The translations under genes and the position numbers were made by a program. Below, one piece after another: positions 1 through 10,780 of a stretch of DNA of 64,000 nucleotides. Source of the DNA: Klebsormidium nitens (lineage: Eukaryota > Plantae > Klebsormidiophyceae); assembly GCA_000708835.1 (NCBI GenBank), contig DF237010.1, positions 1 to 64,000 on the forward strand. Direction: 5' to 3'. The notes below the pieces were generated by a model. The model was not told the DNA's origin, did not search any database, and saw nothing but the letters and a program-made list of their open reading frames with translations. Position 1 is the stretch's first letter. Each line of letters begins with the position of its first letter.

Positions 1-253
1 TCGTTACAAATAGGATCACAATTCGGATATAGAACCTGCCAGAATATGCCGAAAAATGAAATTTGCAGTCCGAAATTCATTACTTTACGGCCGGTAGCTT
101 TTCCGCCGGGCTAGATGCCAGCCGCCAATCCCCGGGCCCATCACTTTCCCGGGCGATTCCGCCGGCCGCCGGGGCCACCCTCCTAGATTAGAGAATGCGG
201 AGTTCGGTCTATGCCTGCATATATGTTTTGAGACCACGCCCTATACTCGATCG

Positions 254-477
254 ACCCGGAGGTCGCAAAATCGCGTGGAAAGTCGCGGAAAGTCGCAGGG
301 CATTGCAAACTTCTAAACACAAAACTTGCTTGAAACTATATTTCCAAAAGGTTTGTAAGGTTGTGGTGAAAGTCGCGCGAAGATCGCGGAACAAAGTCGC
401 AAAGCAGTCGCATAAAGTCGCGGGGAGGATCGCGGAAAGTCGCGCGGCGTCGCATGCAACTCTGGCAACCTCCGAGT
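254..477. repeat. Cluster of short (A)AAGTCGC/GATCGCGG direct repeats inside a weak inverted repeat; possible degenerate MITE
   Basis: AAAGTCGC or close variants occur at about 279, 289, 369, 393, 414 and 436. They are flanked by ACCCGGAGGTCGC (254-266) and GCAACCTCCGAGT (465-477), an 11/13 inverted match. No target-site duplication identified. Confidence 0.4.
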
Positions 478-615
478 CCAGAATAGGCTACGACGGTCAC
501 TCTGAATGCTTGCCAAGCTGACTGGCGCAGAGATTGCCACTGTGTAAGTTGCATTTCGAAATTGGATTGGCTAGCTATGTTAGTACGTCAGTACACTGAA
601 CTGTGACCGTATTAA

Positions 616-1198
616 AGGGAAGGTCATTTTGAAGTGGTACCCCCCCTATGATATGTGAGGAGGGGGAGCCCGGGGCTCGGAGAGCCGCTTTGAGGGCCTT
701 TATGGGGGGGGCACGTGTACACCCACACTTTGCTCACCGGCGGGCTTGATGGGGGTGTGGCTTGACGACCTTGGCCTTCAAGGAGGCTCAAGGGGGGGTA
801 GCATTGAGCCCAGTCCGCATTTTCTTGTGATTTTGAGGCTTTTTGAGCTTAAAATGGCGTATATGCACTAGGCCGTCAATAAATCCTTGTAAATTGGCGG
901 CTTTACAATAACCACTTTTCAACATTTCAGTCACAAATGATGAAGAAAACGGATTTGTACGGTATGCCCGCATAAGCCCGGGCTTACCCATTCGATTTGG
1001 TGATTTGGCTTCACTAGATTACAAATATGGGGGGGGTACCCGAGGCCCTGATCCGTGAAATTTATATGGGAGGGGGGCCCGAGGCTCCGGTCCGACTGAG
1101 GACGTGGGTATGGGGGGGGGACCCAAAGCTCCAAGCAAGAACCCTAGCTACGATCATAAGGGTGTAAGGGGGGATACCACTTCAAAGTGACCTTCCCC
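616..1198. mobile_element. 583-bp non-autonomous PIF/Harbinger (Tourist-like) MITE
   Basis: Left end AGGGAAGGTCATTTTGAAGTGGTACCCCCC (616-645); right end reverse-complements to GGGGAAGGTCACTTTGAAGTGGTATCCCCC (about 30-bp TIR, 3 mismatches). TAA directly repeated at 613-615 and 1199-1201. Internal ATGGGGGGG-type subterminal repeats. No transposase ORF. Confidence 0.85.
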
Positions 1199-2521
1199 TA
1201 ACCTGCAGGGCCCGCCGGAAACAGATTAAGTCGATCATATATGGCAAAGCTCACTCTTCACACTCTAGAGTTCTTGTAAGTTGCTATATGGCCGTTTCAA
1301 GTTTCTTATGCATGAAAGATTCAATGAAAATGATCAATTGTCTATATAGAGGATATCAGTAGCTAGATTCTATCTAGCCTAAAATGGAGTCGCCGGACTC
1401 AATCAATCATGGCCCATGCTGAGTCGCTTCATTATTATTGCATGGCCGGGGATAACTGGCTTTCCGAATCAATTCAATGAATTTGAAAGACCGAATTTCC
1501 GGTCCGGGCCGAGAACTAAGTACGTGGAGGTGGGCGATCCGATCAAGTGGAGATGATGTTGAGTTCAATTCGAGCTAGAGATATAGGCGCGCGCTGCGCG
1601 GCCTTTCATGCCATGCAATATTTACATAAATTGATTAATTTATTAATATGCGCAATTGTCGGACGGTTGTTGTCCAACTTCGTCGATCATGTGGTCTACT
1701 AATTACCAATTATATGTTGGACTCGATGCACATCTAGGTCACTTAGTATGCAGATGACCATATAACTTCATGACTACCGTAATTTGCTTCAGTGATGTTC
1801 TCTTTTCAAACGCCGTAGCCACATGGGCCATAGGCTTCCATGGCATACATGGGAGTACATGTTTGAGTTCTGTACGCCTAGCTATACCCTCCCAAATCTT
1901 CATGTACTACAGGCAACCGTGATCAGGCAACCGTACCAGCACTGCGCGCCATGCACTAAGTTGATGGGCCACAAAAGCTGAATCGATCTGCAGGAGCGAG
2001 ATCGGACATGAACTAGTATTGCCGACTGATTCAAACAAGGTTGAGTGTAGCTTACCCAGCCTGCCAGAACGTACGATATGCCGCATGCACAACTTCAAGC
2101 TTGACGAGTCACCATTGTTGTCTGTCCTAGCTCAGTCATCAATTCAACCTGGCAGCTGCGCCGCACTGCCTTCCGTGAAGTTCATAGTTTTTCAATGTAT
2201 GTAAATGCCAGATCGATCCCAAAACTGCATGAACCCGGATTTATCATAATATATGGTTTGGAAGCTGAATGTACAAGTTACTAACCGTCTTCTAAATCAA
2301 AAGTAACAATAAGGAGAAGAAGATATATGTAATTTGATGATTGAAGAGAGAACTTGAGCCCCGCCTTCTATATGTACAGCAAGTGCAACCTACACAGGTA
2401 GACCTATCGAAGGAACTAATGTACCTTTCTTGCCAATTCCGCTCCAACCAGACTAGAATATACAGATTGCCGTAACATGACACACACTCTCGAGCTTCCT
2501 CGTCATTTTGTTAACCGGATG

Positions 2522-4900
2522 TCAATTCTCGATATCCGAGCCATTTTCGACTACATCTTCTGTTCGTTTCCTTTTCCTAGACGGTGTGAATATTCCTGGC
2601 ATGCGTGCAAAGGTGAGCGCGTCTAGTGGATCTAGGGAGTTGAGTAGCATGGCCATAAGTTCCTTGACTCCGGTTTGTCGATGGGTGTGACCGCGCACGG
2701 TCTTGGCAAAACTGCAACCACAGTACAGTACATAAGCGTTTCGCTACTGGGTGGCCTGTCCAGCACGACTGTTTGATCATCAACACCTGTGTGGTTTTGG
2801 GGAGGGTGCCCACGGGCTCTGGCGTCGCTCACCTGTTGACCTCCACGAGGTGCACCTGCGCGCCTTTGGCATTGGTGCCCACCTCGTGCAGCAGCCCGGC
2901 CCACTCGGCGCGGATGCGCACCAAGTCCTCGTCGTCCGCGTTGGTCACGTCCGTCAGCACGGTGAACACCGGGACCTGCCAGGCCCGGCCACACTGAGCC
3001 GTCAGCCAGGATCCACCATGGCCACCACATCCACAGAAGTACCAGCTATTCGAAAGGGATGATGCAGCAAAAGGATTAGCAGCCAATGATTACGGCTCGG
3101 GAGCCAGCAATGCACTTCGGCAGCCTCGATCAAAAAGTTGAGGATGGCTGCAGCCCCTCACCAGCTTCATGTGCGGGATCCGTAGGAGTTCCACCACCCT
3201 TTCTCGCAGGATCTGCAGCACATGCGAACATGATATGAATAGGCGGAGACAAACGACATGCCTGTCCAGACGACTGTTGCAGCCAAGCATGATGACAAGT
3301 CGCTCTGTCAGAAAGAGCTGCGGCCGCTGCTCATTCGCCATTGAGAGCCAGGGGTGTGGCCCTGACCCTGGCTCCTGCGCGGTGGCAGTAGATGAGCGCA
3401 AAGGGCCGCAGGCGCGCGTCCTGGGAGGTGAGGCGCGCGTGCAGGCTGCGCAGCATGGCGCGCCAGGCCAGCACCTCGCGCAGCCACGCCAGCGAGAAGC
3501 GGCCCCCCTCCGCAGCGTGCGCAGCGCCGGGGACGGGCACCGAGATGGCCGCGGAGGGGGAGGAGCGCAGGGGGAGGGGCACGCGGAAGCCGGGGGTGTC
3601 CACCACGCGCAGCCCGCACGGCAAGCACACCTCCGTCTCCACCACCTGCCAGGGGCCAGCGCACACAGAAGCCAATCAAGGGCAGCCGCGCAGGATTCCC
3701 CGAAAAGACGCGCAGCCAAATGCCAAATCACTTGGGATGGGCTGGATGCAACAGGCTGAGAAGGGAGGGTGCACGCCGGCCTCACGGTGCCGGGCCCCGT
3801 GGCGCTGACGGCCAGGATGTCGCTGTCGTGGGTCAGCGCCTTCACCAGCGTGCTCTTGCCCGCGCCCGCCTCCCTGCACCAGCCATGCAACAGGAGGGGC
3901 TCACTGTGAGCAGCGCGCAGTGGAGTGGTGCCAGTAGCAAGAGGAGACAGGCCTGCAGTGAGAAGCCACGCTGATGGGGGCCGCCAATAGCAGCCGAGGC
4001 TCGCCCTCTGTGCCTGGAGGACTTTTCGGCAGGCAGGGCCTGCAACGAAAGGTACAGGCATGCTTGGGGGGGATACCGCTGTTGCCGCTTACCCATACAC
4101 AAGCACAGTAATCTTCCTGGAGGCAATGACGTCGTTGCACAGGTCTGTGTTGACCCCAGCACACGTCACCTCAAGCGCGCGCGTGGTGTCGCCCCAGCGA
4201 TCAAAGAAGGGGCCCAGCAGCTGCTCGTCCTGCACCACCAAAGCGTCAGCGCTTCAGCAGCCCCACGCACAGGCCCGCCGCCCAGCGTGGCCCTTGCGCC
4301 TGCCCAGAGCACGTGGCATTGCAGAGGGAACAATCAAGAGGAATTGGAAAACAGAGTCTGTGACTTGGCGTCGTGCCGCTGCTTCCTTGACCTGCATTAA
4401 GGCCAGGCACCAGCATCGTGGGGGCTCACTTGCAGTGCCTTGTGCCCCTCCGCCACCGTGCTGAACGTGACGAACTTGCGCGACCACACGTCCGGCAGGC
4501 TGGAGGGCACCTGGCGGTGGGGACAAGGGCGGGGCATGAGGAAAGGCAGCACCCCACAGCACTCCAATCGAGGACATAAGGCTGCATAGCGTCAGCTGGC
4601 CAAGCTGCGGTGTTTGTCCAGCCATGTCCTGCCAGGCATCAGCGGACACCCCAGTCCGTGTGCATCGTGGCCCTAACCCCGCCTGCCACGGCATGCCCCT
4701 ACCTTGGTAGCTGCCCCGTCCCCCTTCCCGCTCTTCCCTGGCCGGGCTGCTGCTGCCACCAGGAGGCCTGCATCCTCGTCCTGTCCCTCGTCCTTCACCC
4801 GCGCCTCTGCTCTGCCGCTGGAAAGGCCAGGCAGCCCGCCTCCGTCCGCTTTTCCTGCACCGCTGACTCCCTTGCCGGCGCGACCGCGAGAGTGTGCCAT
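2522..4900 (-). CDS. Orphan P-loop (TRAFAC-like) GTPase-domain protein, about 390 aa, 8 exons
   Basis: Phase-compatible spliced exons give MAHSRGRAG..., then TVLVYG|EAGAGKSTLVKAL (G1), SATGPGT|VVETEV (G2), LRVVDTPGF (G3), PVFTVLTDV (degenerate G4) and a last exon SFAKTVRG...SRKRKRTEDVVENGSDIEN*. ATG at 4900, TGA at 2522-2524, canonical GT-AG sites. Confidence 0.75.
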
Positions 4901-5869
4901 AGGGACACCCAAAGGGCTCTCGACAGCTGGCTCGAATCTCTTTGTGCAAAAAGTGGCAATTTTAGTGAGAGGGCATTGGAGAAGCCCGGCTAAGTATGTA
5001 GCCTAGAAGTCCTTGATCTCAGATATCTTATTACTAGCTGAACTGAGTTTCAAGCAACCCTAAAACTTCTGTGGAACTTGAAGGGAAGCGCTGGCAGTGG
5101 AGGGCGTCTAGTCTCTATGTAGATAATCGAGACTGAGCTCAGTCTACCACGTGGATCCGCAGCGGCTAATTCGGACTCGCATTTTCTGCTTTCGTGTCGC
5201 CGAGGAATCCATCACGTGGTACAGTGTTTGGCGACTCGGATTATTGGCGTACCTGTTTCTCGGTCGCCGAAGCGTCATGGGCAAGATTCAACTTCGAGAG
5301 AGACGGAGGCCTGCTTTTTGAATCTCACCTCTCAGACTCAGAGTCAGAGTCAGAGTCACTGTCTCAGTCTGCGGCCTCCGAAGAGTCAGAGCACTGTTCT
5401 TCGAAGTCCGAAGGGGAAGGCGTTGATGCACGGGCGCGGTGGGCCGCTCCTGATGGGCCTTTACCAGTGCCAGCGAAGCGGTGCATCGGCGCCTGCAAGG
5501 CCGGATCTTGGTGGATCTGACTTCAAAGGGACAAATTGGTAATCTTGCAACTTGCGTATGCAGCTGGTTTGGGTGGTTTTAAAGAGGCAGCCCTTTTCTC
5601 CTACATCGCCTGTCGGCTCATTCATGCGCAATCCTGCAGAAGGTAGCAGATTGTTTGAACTGTAGCCCCTAGCTTAGGGCTGGCTCCATTACTGATAGGT
5701 CGTGTATGGGAATGCTCCGGAAAAGTCTGGCTGGTTGCAATTGTCTGTTGTGCGGGGCACTGAATTCCTCGTTTAGTAAATGGTGCGGGCACCAGTCGCA
5801 ACGTAGCGAGGCAGCTCAGAGCTGTGGTAATTGGCGGCCGCGTGCCGGACAAGCGCGCTTTTTCCAATC
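4901..5869. promoter_or_regulatory. Divergent (head-to-head) intergenic region between the GTPase gene and the ankyrin/RING gene
   Basis: Start codons at 4900 (-) and 5870 (+) face away from each other, about 970 bp apart. Promoter function inferred from geometry only. Confidence 0.55.
5332..5361. repeat. Short (TCAGAG)n hexamer microsatellite
   Basis: TCAGAC TCAGAG TCAGAG TCAGAG TCACTG seen directly. Confidence 0.6.
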
Positions 5870-8800
5870 ATGAGTCGGTCCAGCAATGGGAGGAAAGCTG
5901 GAGGCGTTGCGCACCACGCCAACGGGGTGGCTGGCGCAGAGGAGCGTAAGGGGGCGGGCCCGCCTCCGCCCGCCGCCCTGACTGCCCAGTTTGTGAAGCT
6001 GGTCCAGGAGGATGACGCGCAGGGCCTGGAGGCGGCGCTGGCTGCAGAGAAAGAGAGGCTGGCAGCGGGCGCGCGCAAGGGCAAGGCCAAAGGGAGCGAT
6101 CCGTCAGCAAACTTGAAGAAGCGGTTGCTGCAATATGCTGCAGCGTGCGACGCAGACGAGTGCTGTGCATACCTGCTCGATGAAGAGGAGGTGCCCATTG
6201 ACGGGGGAGACGAACACGGGCTGACCCCGCTGCACCACGCGGCCCACAACCACGCCAAGGCGGCAGTGCAAGCGCTGTTTGACAGGGGGGCCGAAGGGGA
6301 CGAGCTCAGCAAGGAGGGCAAGACGCCGCTGGAAACGGCAATTGCAAGCCCAAAGTAAGCAGCCCTGTAACAGAAGCCTTGCCTTTGATTTTTTTTGTGA
6401 ACTGTTGGGCGAGAGAAGTCACCAGGATTTTGCATCGCTATAGATTACCAGCTCCCAACATTTGACTCATGTTTGCGTTGAATCTGGTACTATGTTGGGT
6501 TCGGTGCAAATTGTGATGATCACTTGAATGCGATGTCCGGAAGGTTGTCTGTTGGGGGAAAAACCCTCGTCCTTAGGGTTAGACACTCTTGACCATGACT
6601 ACAGGCTTGTGTTTTCTTTTAGCTTTGCTCGATTTTTGACCCTGTATGTATCTAATGTCCCTCTCACAGGTTTCTTGCAATCTGCAATGAAGTCAGACTG
6701 TCAGCAGCGGTCTGAGACAGTGATCAATGCCAGCTTAGCCAGAACGCACGTGACGAATGCTAGCATCAGATGCTGGTGCCAGCTTATTGCACTTTTTTTG
6801 TCGGCGCCAGCTTAATGCATCCAGGACCTCAGTCCAGTTGCCACTCTGTTCCAAACCAGCCGCGGTGACATTGAGTGCTTGCCCAGGAAGAATCGCTCCC
6901 GTGTGGAGCCTCCAGTGCACCTCGCCCCTCCGCTCTGCGTTCCTGCCTTCACCGTGGCTGCTGTGCTGTGGTGCAGGTTGCACATTGAGTGGACCCCGCA
7001 CATGCAGGCCACCAGCCTGGTGGAGCTCATGCAGAGCAAGGTGCGCACCTTCGCGCCGCACAGCGGCCGCTGCGTCTCAACTGGAGTGGGGGTCTTGCCT
7101 TTGAGCGTGCTGGATCAGGGGGTTAGTCAGGGCGCACCGCCAGAGCATGGGCCTAGCTTGTGGCACGGCCGTGGGCTCTTCTGGGCTTGTGGCCGCCCTT
7201 TGTTGTAGGAGCCCTTGAAATTGTTTTGAGAGCTCTTTAACAAAGCTTCTGAAGAATTCTGCAGCGCAGGGCTGCGCCAACACGCTGGCGCCCCTATGGG
7301 CCTGTTGGGCAGGGGCCTATCAGTGTTGTGTGTAAGCATCGTAGCGCTGGCCTGTTGGCCTCGCTGCCTGACCCTGCCCTCTCCTGGGCTTGTTGTGTCC
7401 CCTGGCTGTATGTGAGCGCCGTCCCCCCCCTTTGCAGGAGCTGGCGTGCCTGCAGCTGTTGGCGGACATGGTCCCTGCCAGCCTGCTGGTGCAGGTGGCC
7501 TTTGCGACGGCCGCTGAGGGCGCTGTGCCGCGCCTCGTGGTGCTGCTCCTGGTGGGCAGCAAGCACATTGTGAACGCCGTCAGCCGCATTGGGGAGGCTG
7601 CCAGCGCCACGGGCACGCTGGTGGAGCTGCTGCTGCGCAAGGCGCTGGCCACGTCGCCAGGGGCCAGCGCAGACAAGGCAATCGGCGGCGCGCTGGGCCC
7701 GCGTGTGGAGCGCGAGGTGGCACTCAAAGCCCTCGAGGTACTGCTGCTGTGGAATCCGCGCCTGACCAGCCGCGGGCCCGAGGCACGCTCCCCGGAGCAC
7801 ATCCCGGTCATCCGCTCCGCGCGCGCCAACGACGCCGAGGTGGTGCGCCTACTGCTGGAGGCAGGGGCTGATGTCAATGAGACGGACAGCGAGAGCAACA
7901 CGGCGCTGCACTGGTGCCTGCGCGGGCCGCGCGCGGGGCTGGACGTGCGCGTGGTGAAGCGGCTGCTGGAGCACGGCGCGGCGTGCACGGCCAGCAACAA
8001 GCTGGGGGCCACGCCGGTGCACACTGCGGCAGGGCACGGGCACGCGGAGGCGCTGCGCCTGCTGCTGACACAGGAGCCGGCAGCGGTGAACGTGCTGGCG
8101 GCGACCAAGGAGACGGCGCTGCACTACGCCGTCAAGAACGGGCATGCCGAGTGCGCGCGCGTGCTGTTGCTCATGGGCGCCAACCGCAGCGTAGTTAACG
8201 TGCGCAACCAGCGGCCCGCAGACCTGGCTGCATCCCCTGTGCTGCGCCGCCTGCTGGGCTCCACAGATCTGGCCCTGCTCAATACGCCCATCGCTGAGGC
8301 GGAGGACCCCGCAAGGAGCCCCAGCGGGGGCAGCGGGTTCGCGGGGGATGCGGATAGTCTGGCAGACGACGGATGGCAGGTTCAGACGGGGCGCACCAAG
8401 ACAGCGGGACAGGGGGGCAACCACCCCAAGGGGGCAACTTCGCCCAAGGTGGGCGGACTAGCCAGCAGCGGGGCCAGCAGTAGTGGTGTCCCTGCCGGGG
8501 GGATGACGATTGGTATTGGGGGAGTGCAGCTGGATGCCAACAACATGCCCCCCGCCAAGACGGTGCTGTGCAAGTTCTTCTCGTCAGGGCAGGGCTGCTC
8601 GTGGGGCTCCTCCTGTCACTTTGCCCACAACAAGGAGGAGCTCCTCGCAGCCCGTGCCAAGCAGGGCCTGCCCCGGGGCGGGCCCCCCTCCCACCGCGAT
8701 CGCCCCACCCCCACCCCCAAGCAGGCCTCAACGCCCCCTTCTGTCCCGGTGGAGGCCCCGCGCGCCCCCCCTCCTGCCCCGCTTGCCGCGTCGGCCCCCC

Positions 8801-10780
8801 GGCCACAGGCTCCCCAGAGCGCCGCCCAGCAGGATGCGGCCCCGCTGCAGGACAACCGTTTCCTCAAGACCAAGCTCTGTGTGCGATTCAGCAAGCTCGG
8901 GGGCTGCCCGAGGGGAGACAAATGCACGGTGCGGCCCCCCGCCCTGGCTGCCAGCAGGGCGCTCCGGCTGGCCTGGCAGCATGGTCCACTGGGCAGCACG
9001 ATCCCCGCCTTCAAGACGGCCTGCTGCAATCAATCAGCTTGCCATTTGGGTGCCCCTCTTTGATTAGTCTTGTCACAGCCTCTCGTCTGATCCCGCTGCT
9101 CGCTTGTTTCCTGATCGGCTGACACGTCCCACGGTTTCTCCGATGTGCAGTATGCTCACGGATTTGGCGAACTGCGGCCTTGGGTGGAGGGCGAGGGTGG
9201 GGGCAGTGCGGGCGGCAGCCGGCCCGCCACCCCGGCCAGCGTGCCGCCCAGCGTGCCAGCCACCCCCGAGGCAGCGTGGATGCAGGACGACGAGCTGGCC
9301 GACAAGAAGAAGGTCTTTGTGGGAGGCCTGCCCGCCTTTGTAGAAAAAGGTAAGGCTGTATTTCGAGACCATCTGGAGGCGCTGTTGAACTCGGCTCGTG
9401 AACAAGCGAGCGGATCACAAACCAGATGCTGAAGCTGTTGTAAAGCCAGAATCTGCCTGGTCAACCACTGCCGCAAGGGCCGGCTGCAGAGGATTTTATA
9501 CTCGTGCTTTCAGAGCCAGCCGCATTGGTGGCTCGAATGGGAACTCCCTTAGATGATGCAATCGTGGCAAACGGGCTTTCCAACACACGACCGGTTCCCA
9601 GCACATTGGGGTGTGCCTGTCCGTTCTCGCCTTGCGCGCCTCCTGTGTTCCTGCTTGCTGATGGTAATGCGGTTTTGCGCGCCTCGCAGACGACCTCTGG
9701 TCCTTCTTCGAGGAGAAGTTTGGCGCTGTGGCGGATGCCATGGTGGCCTACTTCCCCAACGGCGCCTCGCGCGGCTTCGGCTTCGTCACCTTCCAGCAAG
9801 AGAAGCCCGCCGCGAGTGCCGCCAAGCTGCACTACCTCCCCTTCCATGGCAAGCGTGTCGAGGTCAAGTTCGCGCAGCCGTTCCAGGACCGCTCCTCCGC
9901 CAGCCCCGGCAGCCGCGCCTCGCGTGACGGGTCCCGCCACACCAGCGGCTCCATGTCGCCCATGCCGCTGCCCCCCGCACCCACCACCGCGGCCGTACAA
10001 CCACCGCCGCTCTCCTTATCAGGCTCAGGGCCCTCCAATAGCTTCCATGCCCCGCACTCGTTACAATGCGGAGCGTATGCTGCAGTGGCCGCCCCTTCCA
10101 ATAGCCGCTCCCTTCCTTCGCCCATTGGTCCGCCATCTCCCTCGGTCGGAGTTGTGGGCCAACGTGGCCCCCCTCCCGGCAGTTATGCCGCCGCCGCCGA
10201 GCAGCAGCGGCAGGCGGAGCAGGCCCGGCACTTCGAGGAACACCCCCACTTCCAGCAGCCCGCGAGCAGCGCGCGCGAGCCGCAGCCGAGCCCCCCTCAG
10301 CGCAGCCAGCACCGGCGGGGGCCGGGCCTCGAGGTGCCGCAGGGGCGGCAGTACGAGCAGTTTCCGGTAGGGCCGCGGGCGGCGTTTGGGAACCTTGAGG
10401 GCTTTTCCACCGGGCCTGAAGACAGCAGCCTGATCTCGGAGCTCATGTCGTCGTTGGCGCTGCCGGAGCAGGCGCAGAACGGTCGGCGCAGGCCGTATGA
10501 CGGAGGAGCAGTGCAGCAGAACGGGCCAGGCTTCGGCCCCAGTCGACAGGGGCAAGGGCACGCAGCCGCGCAGGAGCTGGGCATGCCAGGCGGGAACGAG
10601 TCGCTCGACGGTGTGTGTGTGGTCTGCTGGGAACGGAAACACGCGTGCGTGGCAGTGCCCTGCGGCCACCGGAGCTTGTGTATACCCTGTAAAGACGCGC
10701 TTCAGCAGTCGAATGCTGATCGAGATTGCCCTATATGTCGGTCAACTGTTAATCATTGGGTCGCGGTTCCCCAGGGATAG
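5870..10780 (+). CDS. Ankyrin-repeat + two CCCH zinc fingers + RRM + C-terminal RING-HC protein (putative RNA-binding E3 ubiquitin ligase)
   Basis: Exons 5870-6354, 6977-7040, 7438-8928, 9151-9349 and 9690-10780 join in phase. Ankyrin motifs GLTPLHHAA, GKTPLETA, SNTALHW, GATPVHTAA, ETALHYAV. CCCH fingers KTVLCKFFSSGQGCSWGSSCHFAH and KTKLCVRFSKLGGCPRGDKCT|YAH. RRM RNP2 KVFVGGL and RNP1 RGFGFVTF. RING CVVC...VPCGHRSLCIPC...CPICR. Confidence 0.9.

Noticed and set aside
1-100. Possible right end of another TA-flanked DNA element (...TTTACGGCCGG-TA)
   Set aside because: The matching left TIR would lie outside the window, so it cannot be supported.
195-521. 108-aa plus-strand ORF
   Set aside because: Its KVA repeats are the translation of the AAAGTCGC motif array; no domain and no splice context.
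5194-5542. Two 108-aa ORFs with SESESE / QSQSQS runs
   Set aside because: Explained by the TCAGAG microsatellite in a divergent promoter or 5' UTR region; no domain.
9504-10669. Long overlapping ORFs (288 aa plus, 202 aa minus) over the RRM/RING exon
   Set aside because: Off-frame or antisense shadows of a GC-rich exon with few stop codons. The same applies to most long ORFs over real exons in the track.
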